A stretch of 64,000 nt of DNA from Phoronis australis (Eukaryota > Animalia > Phoronida), in the NCBI GenBank assembly GCA_002633005.1, contig NMRA01000295.1:184280-248279 (forward strand). Direction: 5' to 3'. Below, in pieces: positions 12,256 to 25,000 of this stretch. Each line of letters starts with the position of its first letter. The first letter of the stretch is position 1. The notes beneath the pieces are model-generated. The model saw only the letters and a program-made list of their open reading frames with translations. It was not told where the DNA came from and searched no databases. A program made the position numbers and the translations under genes.

Positions 12256-13154
12256 TCACTAGGGTGCTGCTCTTAAGCAAGGCTTAAATTTTTGGAAAGT
12301 CACTTTGTCACTCATTCAATTTTTTGTTAAGTGTTTAATGTATTTCACATTTACACTTTTGTGTCTGTTTGAAAAGTTCTATGTATGTACCCAGAAAAGT
12401 AGGTGTGAATTTCTGTAGTTTGTCAAGAGTTTTAATATAACCCGAAATTGTGAAATTATTTCCATCAAAAATTGAGCCATCCGAAATCATGCAAATAAAG
12501 CCCATCTACTCAAGCTACTTTCAAGTAATCGGTACGGTAGCTCATTTGGACAAGTACTTGTGTTTTCAATGGTCAACCTCAGTCTATCATATGTCGGGTG
12601 AATTTCTTGAGACACCGCCGAGTATTTACAACACATTGAATGTTTTTGACCGTGGTCATCCTCAGAATGATGTTGAGATAGACTTGCAGTGATGTGAAGT
12701 TCCTGCCTTGGGCCACCAAATACAGTGTCATCAATGTTAGAAAGAAGATACTGACCTACTTCACGGATTCCTCCTAAACAGTCAGTAGGCAGATCTTGTT
12801 AAGGACTATCTGAAGAGTGGCCTCGGTTTCTCGCCACGACTTGTGGTTCTCGAGTTATTCAAGACTTTCTTATGTCTGCACTTTTTCTGACTGGCTTCTT
12901 GTGCCATAGTTCCGACGTCCTTAGAGGAATATAACAGACAATTGGTATGTGAATAGATCTTGTTAAAGGTTATGTAGGATCTTTGAAAAATTTCAGAATT
13001 GGCCAACTTTGGAACATCATATCTCAGAAATGGCTGATCAGATTCACATGAAACATGGGTTCTAGACTTTTATCTTGTGCATGACACATACACTGTACCA
13101 TTCTTTATCATTCAAATCAGTGACCATTTCCACACACAGTGCAAATGGTTGCAT

Positions 13155-14970
13155 TTTTATGCCCCCACATATTTTTATGTGCGTGCATATTGTCATCATC
13201 TCTGGCTGGGCGTCCAATGTCCGCGACTGTATGTCCTAAATCCGTTTCAGGATCCTAATGAGATTTGGTAGTAAGATGAAGCTGACGACAAAACGATGAC
13301 GTGTTTTGGATGGATTCTACAAATTCGACTACCCCCTACTGCCTATTTTTTTACTTTTGTCTCTGTATGTTTGGAGTTCCTTGATGGATTTTCATGAAAT
13401 TTAGCTAATAGGTTTCTATTAAATAGACCATGACTCGCATTTTCGAATGGATTTGACGTATTCTGCGCCACCTTGTGGCAATTTAAAAAAAATACCCAAA
13501 CCGCTCAAGGGGTCATTATGAAAATTGGCAGATTTGTTCCTGACGAGGATGAAACTGATTTTCAGACAGGTTCCGAATACTGTGGTGATGAAAGTTGGTG
13601 TATATGTTCCTATGTAGAGGGTAATGGATGACCACGAGTTTCAGACCAATATGACTACAGGCGTACCCCCTAGCCGAACTGGAAGTTTTATTTCATAGGT
13701 AAGCCTCTGTATCTTTTTAGAGTTCATTGATGGATTTCATGAAATCTAGCAAATGGGTTTCCATTAAACAGAATATAACACTGTCCTGTTTTCGGATAGA
13801 TTTGAAGTATTCTGCACCACCTGGTGGCAGTTGAGTATTTTGACATCTGCCTTTCTATTGGACAAACTGTTCAAAGGATCATGAAAATTGGCAGATATTT
13901 TGCTGATGGCATGGTTGCAGCTGACACTCATTTTCGGACAGGTTCGACTATTGTGGCGACACCTGGCCCCAAGTTTTTGTTTTGGGTCCAGGGCTGTATC
14001 TTTTTTTCTTTGTGATATGTGGCAAATGTCAGATGAGAGGGGTTTCTGGCCAATTCGACTGCAGGTGTGCCCCTAGTTTTATTTTTAATGGGTTTGCCTC
14101 TGTATGGGTTTTTGTGAAGTTTGGCAGATAAGTTTTTATTTAATAGCTGCCAAGTATGCCTTTGGACAGATTCAGCGTATTCTGCTCCACCTAGTGGCCA
14201 TTTTATGATTTTGAGTTCGTTTTTTGGCATTTGCTTTTTTAAATGTGCCAAACTATTCATTAGTAGTTGTGTTCCTGATGAGATGTCCAGGGCTGACATT
14301 GGTTTTTGAACGGATGTGACACCTGTGGTATCCCTTAGTGGTGATTTTGTATTTGTTTGCGGCCATGACTGCAGCTACTGATTTCCTTGCGTGATGTTTA
14401 TGAATTTGGCATGTGTTTTTCTGTAATGTGTCAATTTGTGTTGGATTTGAGGTATTCTGCGGGACCTGGTGGCCATGTCAATTAAGCATTTTTTGCCGTC
14501 TTCTTTATCGGCCAAACTGCTGAGAGGATCGTTATGAAATCTGGAAGATGTGTTCCTACTGAAATGAGCACGACTGTCGTGCATTTTCAGATGGGTCCAA
14601 CTACTGTGGTGCCTCTTAGTAACATTATTTTCGCATCTGCGGCTGTATCTACAAACCCCTTGCAAGTCAGATCACCCTTTGTCAAGTCTGGCCCTGTGCA
14701 CTGTAACTTGACAACAGAGGGACGGATTCGACTACAGCTGTGCCTTCTAATGGCAATTTGTTTTTTATGTCTGCCTCTGTATGTTTGTAGTTTCTTGGTG
14801 GATTGTCATGAAAATTGACAGTTTTGTAATTGAGAGAGACAACGATGCCTGCTCTATTTCGGACAGGTTTGGTCTATTCTGCGACATCTTATGTTATTAA
14901 AAACGCCATTAGGAGCACACCATTTGCGCTGCAGTCGTGGGTGCATGTCAACGCTCCAAGTTGCTCTTAT
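13155..14970 (+). mobile_element. Helentron/HINE-like element with long internal diverged tandem array
   Basis: Begins TTTTTATGCCCCCA and ends GGGTGCAT...CTCCAAGTTGCTCTT; the interior is a diverged array with recurring TCATGAAATTTGGC, TTTCGGA..GATT and GC.CCACC.AGTGGC motifs. Family assignment rests on general architecture only. Confidence 0.55.
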
Positions 14971-15236
14971 ATTTGAATCGTAGTTAAGATGGAACTGTGA
15001 CCGCAATTATTCTTCAATTCCTTTTTACACAGCTCTAACTCACTCTAGTGTCACTCCTTTGAGGGATCTTTATGAACATTTGGTCATAGATAGTACCTGG
15101 TACCACTGGCCGTTCTTGAGTACTTTGAACTTTTCATTTTGAAAATTTTGGTTTTTAAAATAATATTTATGGCATTTACTGAAATCATGTTTTCTCCCTA
15201 GGACAACAGTTTTTAATATCGGAAGATATATATAGA

Positions 15237-15990
15237 TTATTACTTGGCGAAGTCGTTATCCCCCGTATTCTAGAGCCAGAGTGGATTTTGGTGAATTATA
15301 ATTCTACAAAATCCACGAGGGCTCTAGATAAGGGGGATAACGACTGAGAACATGTAATAATTTATTTATACCACATACTGAACGAGAAGCAATGAATCGA
15401 TCTACCTTTCTCGACTCGCCTCTGCTTTGTAACCACTTTCTGTCAGAGAGGCCTGGTGTCGGATTTTACTCAAAACCAATTGAACATTTTAACAAAATAG
15501 AAATAAAGTGAATCTATAAATTAAGGTTTAGCAACTATAATAGCTTACTTCACATTTTATCACGCTAAGCTTCGACCGGGTAAATATCGTCTGCTAAAGT
15601 AAGCTACCACTGGTAACCGAGTATAATGCTCAAGTCAAAGGATCCCGACGACACGATACCCGAATTCAAATTGGAGATCGGTGATTTACAAGTGAGAGAA
15701 AATGAGAGAAAAGTTTCACTGAATTAAAACATCGTTTTTATGGAGATTATGCGTTTTATTTTTCATAGCGTATAAATGTCGGTACAATGCCATTTGTTGA
15801 ACATGCGATTGTTGCGGGTGCTCATTTAAGTATTCTATTTTCACGTTCGATGACGTCAGCTGCTGAGTGGTGCAGTGGTAAAGTCGACGACTTGAAGCCG
15901 ATTTCCCGCGTTATCTAACGCTGTTTAATAAAACTAAATGGGTTATTACACGGTTGTATTGGCCATTCGAGGCTGATATTGTGGTATAAG
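15237..15990. mobile_element. Crypton-like non-autonomous element with long terminal hairpin
   Basis: Stem GTCGTTATCCCCC..TCTAGAGCC..GTGGATTTTG / CAAAATCCAC..GGCTCTAGA..GGGGGATAACGAC (about 15250-15345); TTATACCACA at 15367 is inverted to TGTGGTATAA at 15980. Confidence 0.5.
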
Positions 15991-16787
15991 TATCAAAATA
16001 TCCAGATGTTTAAATACAAATTATGTTTATTTTGGCAACTGGTTGGAAATAGGGTGCAAAATACAGAAGGAACAGTTTACTTTTTGAGTAGTTTATTTTA
16101 TAACTACAAGCACTTAATTGTTTAAAGCACCGTCTATAAGATATGATATATGATGATCAGTTATAAGGGAGCACATTTTTACTACTACAATTTTATGGAT
16201 GATACAACCCAATTGGTCATATTGTTCACTGTGACGTTATTTCCCAACAATTCAGATCTATAAGTTGGATACAAGATGGCTGTTTTACTTTATTTACTCA
16301 GTCTTAGAAGTAACGGGAAAATGCTAATTAGCCTACCATTGAATAATGAATAAATTCTGAAGCATTATCTTTCTGTATGAAAACAATTCACAAGTTTAGT
16401 TACATAATTATTCAACAAATTTGATAGATCCAAAATTACAACAGTAACATTTCTAAAATCTATTGGTCTATCAACACCAGCCTAAATTACGTCATGTCTC
16501 AAATCCCCTGTAAATGGGACGAATCCAACGTATTAACACCACCTAAACGACGTCATCTATCAAATCATCTGTAAGTGGGATGAATCCTATATATTCAAGG
16601 GAAAGGCAACATTTTTTCATGTCATTTTTAGCAAAAATAAGATTCTTTGATTATCCCAGACACATTTTTCACTTAATTACAGCTTTTCGTAATTTAATAA
16701 ATTATTCGTCCTTTACTCCAGAAGTGGCGTTTTGGGAGGCAAGAATTTCGCGCCAATTTCTTTTCATGTAGTCCGAGAGCTGTTCCA

Positions 16788-16956
16788 GGTTCAAAGCCCA
16801 TCGTGCACCATCTCCACGTTCAAAGCCCATTGTCCACCAGTTCTAGGTTCAAAGCCCATCGTGCACCAGTTCCACGTTCAAAGCCCATCTTGCACCAATT
16901 CTAGGTTCAAAGCCCATCGTGCACCAGTTCCACGTTGATAGCCTATCGTGCACCAG
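16788..16956. repeat. 29-bp minisatellite, about 6 copies
   Basis: Unit GTTCAAAGCCCATCGTGCACCAGTTC(CAC/TAG). Confidence 0.9.
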
Positions 16957-17230
16957 GACAAAACAATCCACATGCCCACTATGCTGTACCGTGCCAGTAA
17001 GAACGCTGTGACATCGGAAGATGGCCGGAGAAATAACGGGCTAAAACGTGCCAATGAAAATGAGCTAGAGGCTGGTGTTGGTAGACCTAGAGATTTTAGA
17101 AGTGTTACATGACCATCCCGGTTAGGAAGTCAGAACCAGTAAGGCTTGAATATCGTGATTGAAATGCTGTTTTTAATAATTATTAAAAACAAAAACGACA
17201 ATGTAAACGATAATAATGTGTTTCACACTA

Positions 17231-18730
17231 AGGAGAATGCCACCCAAAAACAACCTGTTTTGTATCAATTTAGATCGAGTAGTTTTCTATGACAGCAAGT
17301 TCAATTGTTTTACCTGACACCCAGCGGCAGACGGAGATGTTCAAATTAACCAATGACGTAATCGGTTCGAACGCAATCTGTTCAGCCGTTCGCAACGTGC
17401 TTACTGGTGTCAACTTCTCGTTTTAATTCATCGTTTTACACCAATAAATCATCAAAATTCGATGTAAACCCCTTACAAATACATCGACTTCTTGAACAAA
17501 CGTGTTGTTTTATTTCACTGTTACCTATTTATAGGTATTTGAACATACCGTAGCCTACAGAGTTCGGTAGACCAGTTTACCATGGTCGATCGCGTGAGTT
17601 TGGGTCTGTTTGTTGATCAATTCGAATCATTCTTCCGTGAAATACAGACGGGGAACATAGCTGTGTGTTGTACGAACATCAATCAGATTAAGTTGGAAAC
17701 TAAACCTCGAGTCACGAAAAGACTAAAATAGTGAGCCAAAGAAATGATGTGCACGTGAATTAGCCACGAAACTGAAAATCTTGTCGGGGGCCGCGAAGTC
17801 AGGGTTCCCCTTCCACAGACCGTCAGGGCAAAGGTTGTCACGGTAACAATGTTTTGAATAATGTATTTGTATATCTAAATAAAGATTTCCCTAACGTGTG
17901 ACCATAGCATATAAAATCGAGTTATTGTTTCACAACAGCTTTCTGTCATCAAACACTGAATTAGCATGCGCTCACACGGCCTCGGTGCCAGGTCAATTAT
18001 CTTTGTACGATTGCCTCTAAAGCCGGTAACGCAGTGGTTTATTCATTGCTGGCTTCTCAAAACATTTGCACTCACGAATACTCCAAAGACATTACAAATT
18101 GTATCTAACGAGACAGACTTTGTTTCAGTTTTATATAAGCCTTGGTTAGGGTGAGAATAATTCATTGGCGCCAACCCCGACTTAGTCGAGAACTTATCCT
18201 TCGAAGACTACACGGGCCGGATCGTTGGGTTTCTCAGGCTATTAGTTCGAACCGGAATACACTGATAAAGAAATACTAGAGAGGCGCCGTGAACATGCAC
18301 AGACAACGGAACGTTTGTATTGATAGTTTTTTTGTAAACCGTAATTCGTCAGAGAAATCACTGTCGACGAAATGCCGGCCACAGACACGGAGATGTTTCA
18401 TGGCCTCGCACTTGCTATTAACAGCGTACTTTTCATTCTTCACTACCGCGAGCCACTTCCTAAGCATTTCGGGCTCTCGAGAAAGTCGAAAAAAACGATA
18501 TACCCACTTTTTCCACAGCTTCATAGTTCGGACAAGCGGGAACAATGCACCCCAATATAGCGGAATGCACTCTGCAGATGAACCACTAACGTCACTGCGT
18601 TGTTTGTCACCTTCCTCACAGGTTAACGCGACACCTCCCGGCAAAGTGAGGTCGATCGTATAAGAGGCGATGTGGATATAGACCGATTAAGACGATAAAA
18701 AAGACTTTTTAAATCGGGTGACATTCTCCT
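17231..18730 (-). mobile_element. Kolobok-like non-autonomous DNA transposon, copy 1, with THAP remnant
   Basis: 15-bp TIRs AGGAGAATG(C/T)CACCC; TTAA at 18731-18734 (left TSD degraded to ACTA); full-length inverted homology to 60850-62346; THAP-like ORF inside. TTAA TSD, purine-purine termini and a THAP domain are Kolobok hallmarks. Confidence 0.85.
18276..18560 (-). pseudogene. THAP zinc-finger domain remnant (frameshifted)
   Basis: CIVPACPN in one frame, then RFFRLSREPEMLRKWLAVVK...LRVCGRHFVDSDF in another: C-x4-C...W...C-x2-H-F THAP signature. Confidence 0.8.
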
Positions 18731-19066
18731 TTAAGTTCATTATTGCGAACTTTATTTGCAACAAACGTAGATCCTAATATTTGTTGCTACCGCGGATTAC
18801 GTAAACGGTTTTGACATATTTTTCAAGTTTCGTTGAAATATTTTCGTAATATGCCTTAAATCATCTTACGTCAGATTTAATGACAAGAAATGTGTGGGTG
18901 CTTGTTGCAGTTCACCATCTCTCAAGCGTCCTTTGTTGTAAATGCAGAAACACACCTGTGGGGGGTTAGTTATAAAATGGATATTTTCCCCCTTCATAAA
19001 ATGTTTCCAATACTTTCAAAACATTCAGTAAAAATCAATAATTCGTGCTCGATCCGGATCATTGGT

Positions 19067-22000
19067 TCATCTCTGTCCTTGTGAAGTCAAACTAATGGCA
19101 CACAGCGTAAACGGCTTTGGAGAGTTGATAAACCTTGCTGTTCCCATTAGAGATGGTGGAGCGTCGCCAAATGGCACTTCGAAGCGGAACTGCTGCATCA
19201 TGGACGCGAAGAACAAAAATATTTCCATTCTGGCCATGTTCTCTCCCAAGCAAAGGCGTTTACCTAGTGATAAGAATTGTGTGAAAGTTGAGGTGCTCGC
19301 ATTACGGTGTAGTAGCCTATGTAGACCTACTAACGCCAAATAAACTTTCACTAGGCATCCACTGGTAGATTTTGATGCCGCACTGCCATGGATGCGTCAT
19401 TAGGCTTATTCGTTTAATTCTACTCAAACGACATGGCCTCGCAACTCACCAATGACAGATTAGTATTCAGTCCAAAATAAACTTCTGAGCTTAATTCTAA
19501 ATTGTTTTTAGGTATTTTGCTAAATGCGCACAGCTGACAATGCGTCTCACATAAACTTAAAGAAGAATGAAACTGTTTTTAACGTGCTTTGGGCAATGAA
19601 GAACAATCTGCTTAATTTGTTTTTAGACAACTTTGGAAATTAAATAAGTAACGCAAATACTCGAAGTGACACCGATGAGTAGGATTCAACTGCCTCATCT
19701 AAACCTAAACATTTCTGTGGTGCATTCTATAATAACGTGTCTTACTTTTTCCCTCTGTTCTTGTCTAGATTCTCGAAATAACGAAGTTTACAACTCACGC
19801 AAACATTGGCACAACTTCGGACCTTTTTTCATGTGGTCTATCGCTCGCCGATCCTACGGCTATTAAAGGCTCAGCAAAACGGGAGATTCGCAATGCGAAT
19901 TGACAAAAAGAATATTGTCAATGAGGAAAATTGTCTATCTCGTCAAGTTCGAACCTTGCCTTACCGTGACTCGGGCATCATGACATTCGACTGAAGTGTG
20001 AAGTGAGCGATTCGGCCATTGCGCTGTACTCATTGACATCATTTTGATGTAAAAATGTTGAAGTTTACTATTCAATGAATTTCGGACTGCAATGAAGTGA
20101 TTATTTAACTCTGCTTAAAATATAATTATCACAACTCCCAAAACACGAGAATGTTGATCCATCCACACTGTCGGCTTGCGACGCATAATAAGGTGAGTCA
20201 ATCAAAACGTGCTCCCCCAACACATTTTAGGCGTCAGGATTAAACCGTGGTAATCGGCAAAGGCTTGGGCCGGGGACAGTACAGAAAACGAAGTCGGCTA
20301 AAAAATTGTCAAATACTAATGCTCGAGTTGCCATTTCAGGGCCCTAGTCTGGACATTTAAAACACCAACTTAATCATTCATACATGTATTTCGAAGAAGT
20401 CAAAAAATTTAAGTCTTCTAATTCACTGGATTTTTTAATTTAAAAAAGCAATTTTAGGGTATGCAAAACTACTTCTCCAGGCACCCCACAAGAGGTAATG
20501 GAATTATCTGTCGCTCTCTTCCTTGATTTTTTCTCAAAATTGTATGTCAGTTGATTATAAAATTTGAGAACCTTAATTGCTGCTTATTTCCTACTATTAA
20601 AATTAAATATCTTTTCATGTTTTGGACCCAGCTTTTGGAGGGGGCACGTTGATGGCATCCATGCTTTTCGTGTTTTTTATTGAGAACTTGAGGGGCCGCT
20701 AACTCAGAGAGGGCCCAATGATGGATCAATTGGCTGTAAATTGTCCCGTTTTTGTGCGATCACAGATACTTTTATGTCAAGCCTGGAAACTTTTCTTTAC
20801 CATGACACCGTTTTTTAATTCCGCCTCTCACCTTATGGCGGCCTTGGATTGGTTTAAAATTAGCGACACTCAGAGAAAGAAGGGGCGATAGGAAATGTGG
20901 TAAAGGTTTGGCGAAGTCGAATTAGTTTGTACCCCTCCAATAATCTGTCCCTTCTTACTGATTACCCTTAGTGTCCTACCCATGCTTAAGCAATACACTC
21001 GCAAACACAAAGCGGACGTCAAAAGCTGGTACGCTATATTGCTCCATCGTGACAGCAAAGAATGAAAGGCCAATAATAGCAATGGCAACCTTGTTGCGAC
21101 TCACTTTTGGAGTCGTCGACAACTTGCCGATGGAAATAGTATGTCCGATATTACTCCAATTTTTTGTTGGAATTAAGCCCTGTACAACTATTTGACCACA
21201 GTCTACACTGTCCGATTAGCAGTAAAGAAAGTCAATACAAAGTTTACAAAGGGCTTTAGGTGTTTGAATATTTCTTACCGTGAGGTATATTTTAAACCTT
21301 TAAGTTTAAAAAACCTAAACCTTAGACCTAAAAATGACATCGACGTGGTGCATAAAATGTCGTAAGGACAAACGGCACGAGTTACGTTTGGTGGCTTTTA
21401 AATTGCTCTCCCGTGTGTACTTAGAGTATATACATTTTAGTTGTGTCCAAAGACTTTGTTTACTAGTAAAAATGAACCGCATTCCATCTAAACCAATGTC
21501 ACAAGGGAAATTTATTTGTCAATAGGTTCCTCACCTATGCCAAACGACACTATCTTCTCTGCCAGTTCCTTGTTAAAATTCCCCTTTCCATCTATAAACC
21601 TTTCAGGCCTAAACACGTGCGGCTGGGGGAATTCCTTGTCGTTCAGATTGACTGCTGTCAAGTTTGGAATAATCGGCGTTTTGGCTGGAATCTTGTATCC
21701 ACGAAGTTCTACGTCAGAAGACGTGCAATGCGGAACAGACTTGGAAACTATGTTACCTGAAATAGTATAATGATGACATTTCCATACAATTGAATTTTAA
21801 AGCTACATTTTCCCGTTTAGATAACCAAATATGAAAATCGAATTAGACACATTTCCCTTTATTCTTTACCGGGATAGAATTCTATTCCAGTTGCCAGTAA
21901 GAACATCGAAGCCGTCAGCCGGACTGAATGAGGAAACGTTTCCTTGCTTATTGGGATTGGCCAAGCCCGAAATTGCGAATTTGATAATGGCGAATACACG

Positions 22001-25000
22001 TATTGCCTGCATCTTGAGTAGGAATCCTATCACTATAAGAAATATTTTGAAGTCACCTAGACAGGGGCAAATGCAGCTTTAAGTTTGAAAACGTACTGAC
22101 TTTTCTTTGTGTTTTGAAAATGTACTTCCTCTGTCTACATTAAATGTTAATATGACAGTCACGTCAGCATTTTGGAAAAGTGGCGTTTTCACCTCAAGAA
22201 GATTAGGATCAAGCTTGTGTTTCAGGCCAGAAATTTGATCTCTATGTACATCATGCACGCACACGAAGACCTTCTTATACCTATACATATATCGTTTAAA
22301 CCAAGTTGTTCAAAATGGCTATTACAATTAGAAGCGTAGTGTTTTGTATCATTTCATTCTAAATTTCAACTAGATTGCACGATGAATTGAAGGAAAACAG
22401 CTCTCAAACAACGTTTTTCGGGCATATTTTGTTAAGATAAACTCATTACCTGTGCGGAGTACTTCGGTGATTACAGCTTGTGTGTAGGGTAAGTGCGCTT
22501 TGTCTGCTATACTTGGAAATCTTTCTTTTCCAATGGAGTCGTAGATTTCACTTCGGACTTTTTCTTGAATGTCTGGAAAGTTCAACATATACACCAAGGC
22601 CCAAAGCAATAAGGTCGAAGTGGTTTCTGTACCAGCCGCAAAACAGTCGTAAATCAGCCTTCCGATTTGGTCATCTGGAAGAAGAAACAAAGTGCAGAAA
22701 ATTGTATTTCTTTTGACTCAAGTCTGGACGCCCAGCGAAACTACAAAGCTGGACTAATTTCTGGAACTTGCAGTTCCGCTGACAGATTATATGGACGTGC
22801 TGTTTTGAGCTCCTGAACCACACGGTGAGACACGGTATTTCAAATTACAGAAATGTAGAAAAAGAATGCCGGTTGGCGGTGCTTCAATCACCGCCAGTAA
22901 TAATAAAAGACGACTGTTTTTCGTCGAACAGCAACCGGAAGTGAAATAACCAAAAAAACGTACGAATAAAGTACACAAATAATGGCGCAACGTCTCTTTT
23001 ACGTTAAATGGACAAAGTCCGTACGAGCTCTAGAACTATAACGGACAAAGCCCATAGTACTTAAGGTCTATAAATACGAAAGGGGTATAGTGACGAACTA
23101 GAAGAACAAACATTAATTCAAGACAAAGTCCTGAAGACGTGCTGGAAGGTGACGGGGCCTAGTAGAGCGTCGAGGAGAGGCATCACTAACTGCAGGGACA
23201 TCAACTGCTTCAGACGTGACATCAAGTAAACCGGAGTTGATAGGCACAGCCGGATCTTCGGACGGTGTATGACCGTCAGGGGCCAACTCAGAGGGAACTT
23301 CGGGAGCGGGAGGCTCGAGTGGAGGTTGTGAGATGGGCGTCGGCCTTGAGGATAGTGGCGTAACAGGATCGTCATCATCAGCTGGTTCAAAGCTGGAAGA
23401 GGAAGTCCCGGGTCTAGTGAGAGGGACCATCTCGTGAGGGACTTTGTAGCACTCCGTACCTTTAACACGATAGGATGTTGAGCGAAGTTGGTTGCCAATA
23501 TATTTCTGAATGTTGAGCCAAGAGCTGTCGCGACAAACCACGAAATAGCGAGGGCGGGAGCGGGTCTTATAGCGATCACCGCACAGATAAACTAAATCCC
23601 CGGCTGTAGCATTGCTCGTGGGAGGGAGTCTAGCCATAGAAGTCATAGATCTCGTTCATGTTTTCTTACATGTTTGAGTCGCTGTGCCTCGATCAGGGTG
23701 AGGTTGGTGATGGGTACTTGGTTGCAGGTAAATTGGTCACGTTGGAGTAGCATGTCTCGGGCAGATAATCCTCTTGAACGAAGCCGACTGTTAAGTCGGG
23801 CAACTGCGAGTGAAAGTAGCAAAGAAGTTACCTTGCCATAGACCAGTGTTCTAGTAGTAACTCATCGGAAAGCTCTTCAATAGCCTTTTCAACGACTGGG
23901 TTGTAATTGGGGTTCTTTACAAGCCCAACTTCAACTGTAATCCTGTGTCGTTTAAGAGATCATCGTCCTTCAAAGCACTGAAGCCATGAGCCTGATCCCT
24001 ACGGATAACTGTTGGAGGACCATCCAGAGGACAAAGTTCTATGGACAGTTGAAGAAGACAATCTCGCAAGTTGTCACGGTGTTCACTCTCGACAATGCGT
24101 GCGACGGTGTAGGAGAACACGCATTCTCGCAGCACGAGAATCAACTGGCGACCACACGTCATGACATCTGCAGCGAAAGATAGACCGACGGTCGGGGGAG
24201 GGACAGACGAATCTTGAGTGATCAACGTCTTAGGTAATGTCTGAAGGGAGCAACACTGGTGGCAAGATTTGGAACATCTGTCAATGGCGGTGTCCAAGTC
24301 GAGGGCGTAGAAGTAACGTTGGATAACTAGCTTACCTGATTGGATGAGGGATGATCCAAGCGGAGGTGAAGAGCCATGAGTAGACCGTCTAAGACAGAAT
24401 GTGGAACAACTATGCATTCACGAATTGGAGCGAGGGGTGCATTTCTACGGACAACTAGTAAACCATCGCTAGCGAACTTGAAAATGTTTAGGTAACGCTG
24501 CACTTCCCGAACATCTATCAGCTTCCTACTGGAACGCGTACCCTGAGTGAGATGAGCATGACTACGGCGAAGGTCCGAGCACTCAGTTTGGATGCCAAGC
24601 AGAACTGGTAGTGAAGGAAAGCCTCGACACACCGGATAAGATGTCGTCCGTGGATGAACGAAAGACACACAATCTTCGGTAGAGGCCACGAAGGAGCATA
24701 CCTGACACGCCATGTCTGAACATTCAATACCATGTCGGCTTGTGAATTCTGATACGATGTTCGTGGCACCTGAAATATGGAGGACAGTAGCTTGGAACCG
24801 AGATACAGCTGACAAAAATATAGACACTTGAGGACTCCACATAAGCGATCACAGGCCTGTACATATGGCCTACTGTCAGTGAGGACCGTAACACGAGGCT
24901 TGGACTGGATGAAGTATGGGCTGAAGAGCTTCAAGCCACGGCAATTGCCAAAGTTTCAACCTCACAGGGGAACCAAAGTACTTGGCAGGACTTAAGCTTG

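Noticed and set aside
19960-20030. tRNA-like segments (also 15860-15900 and 58790-58855)
   Set aside because: Only partial A/B-box resemblance and no cloverleaf; at most decayed SINE heads.
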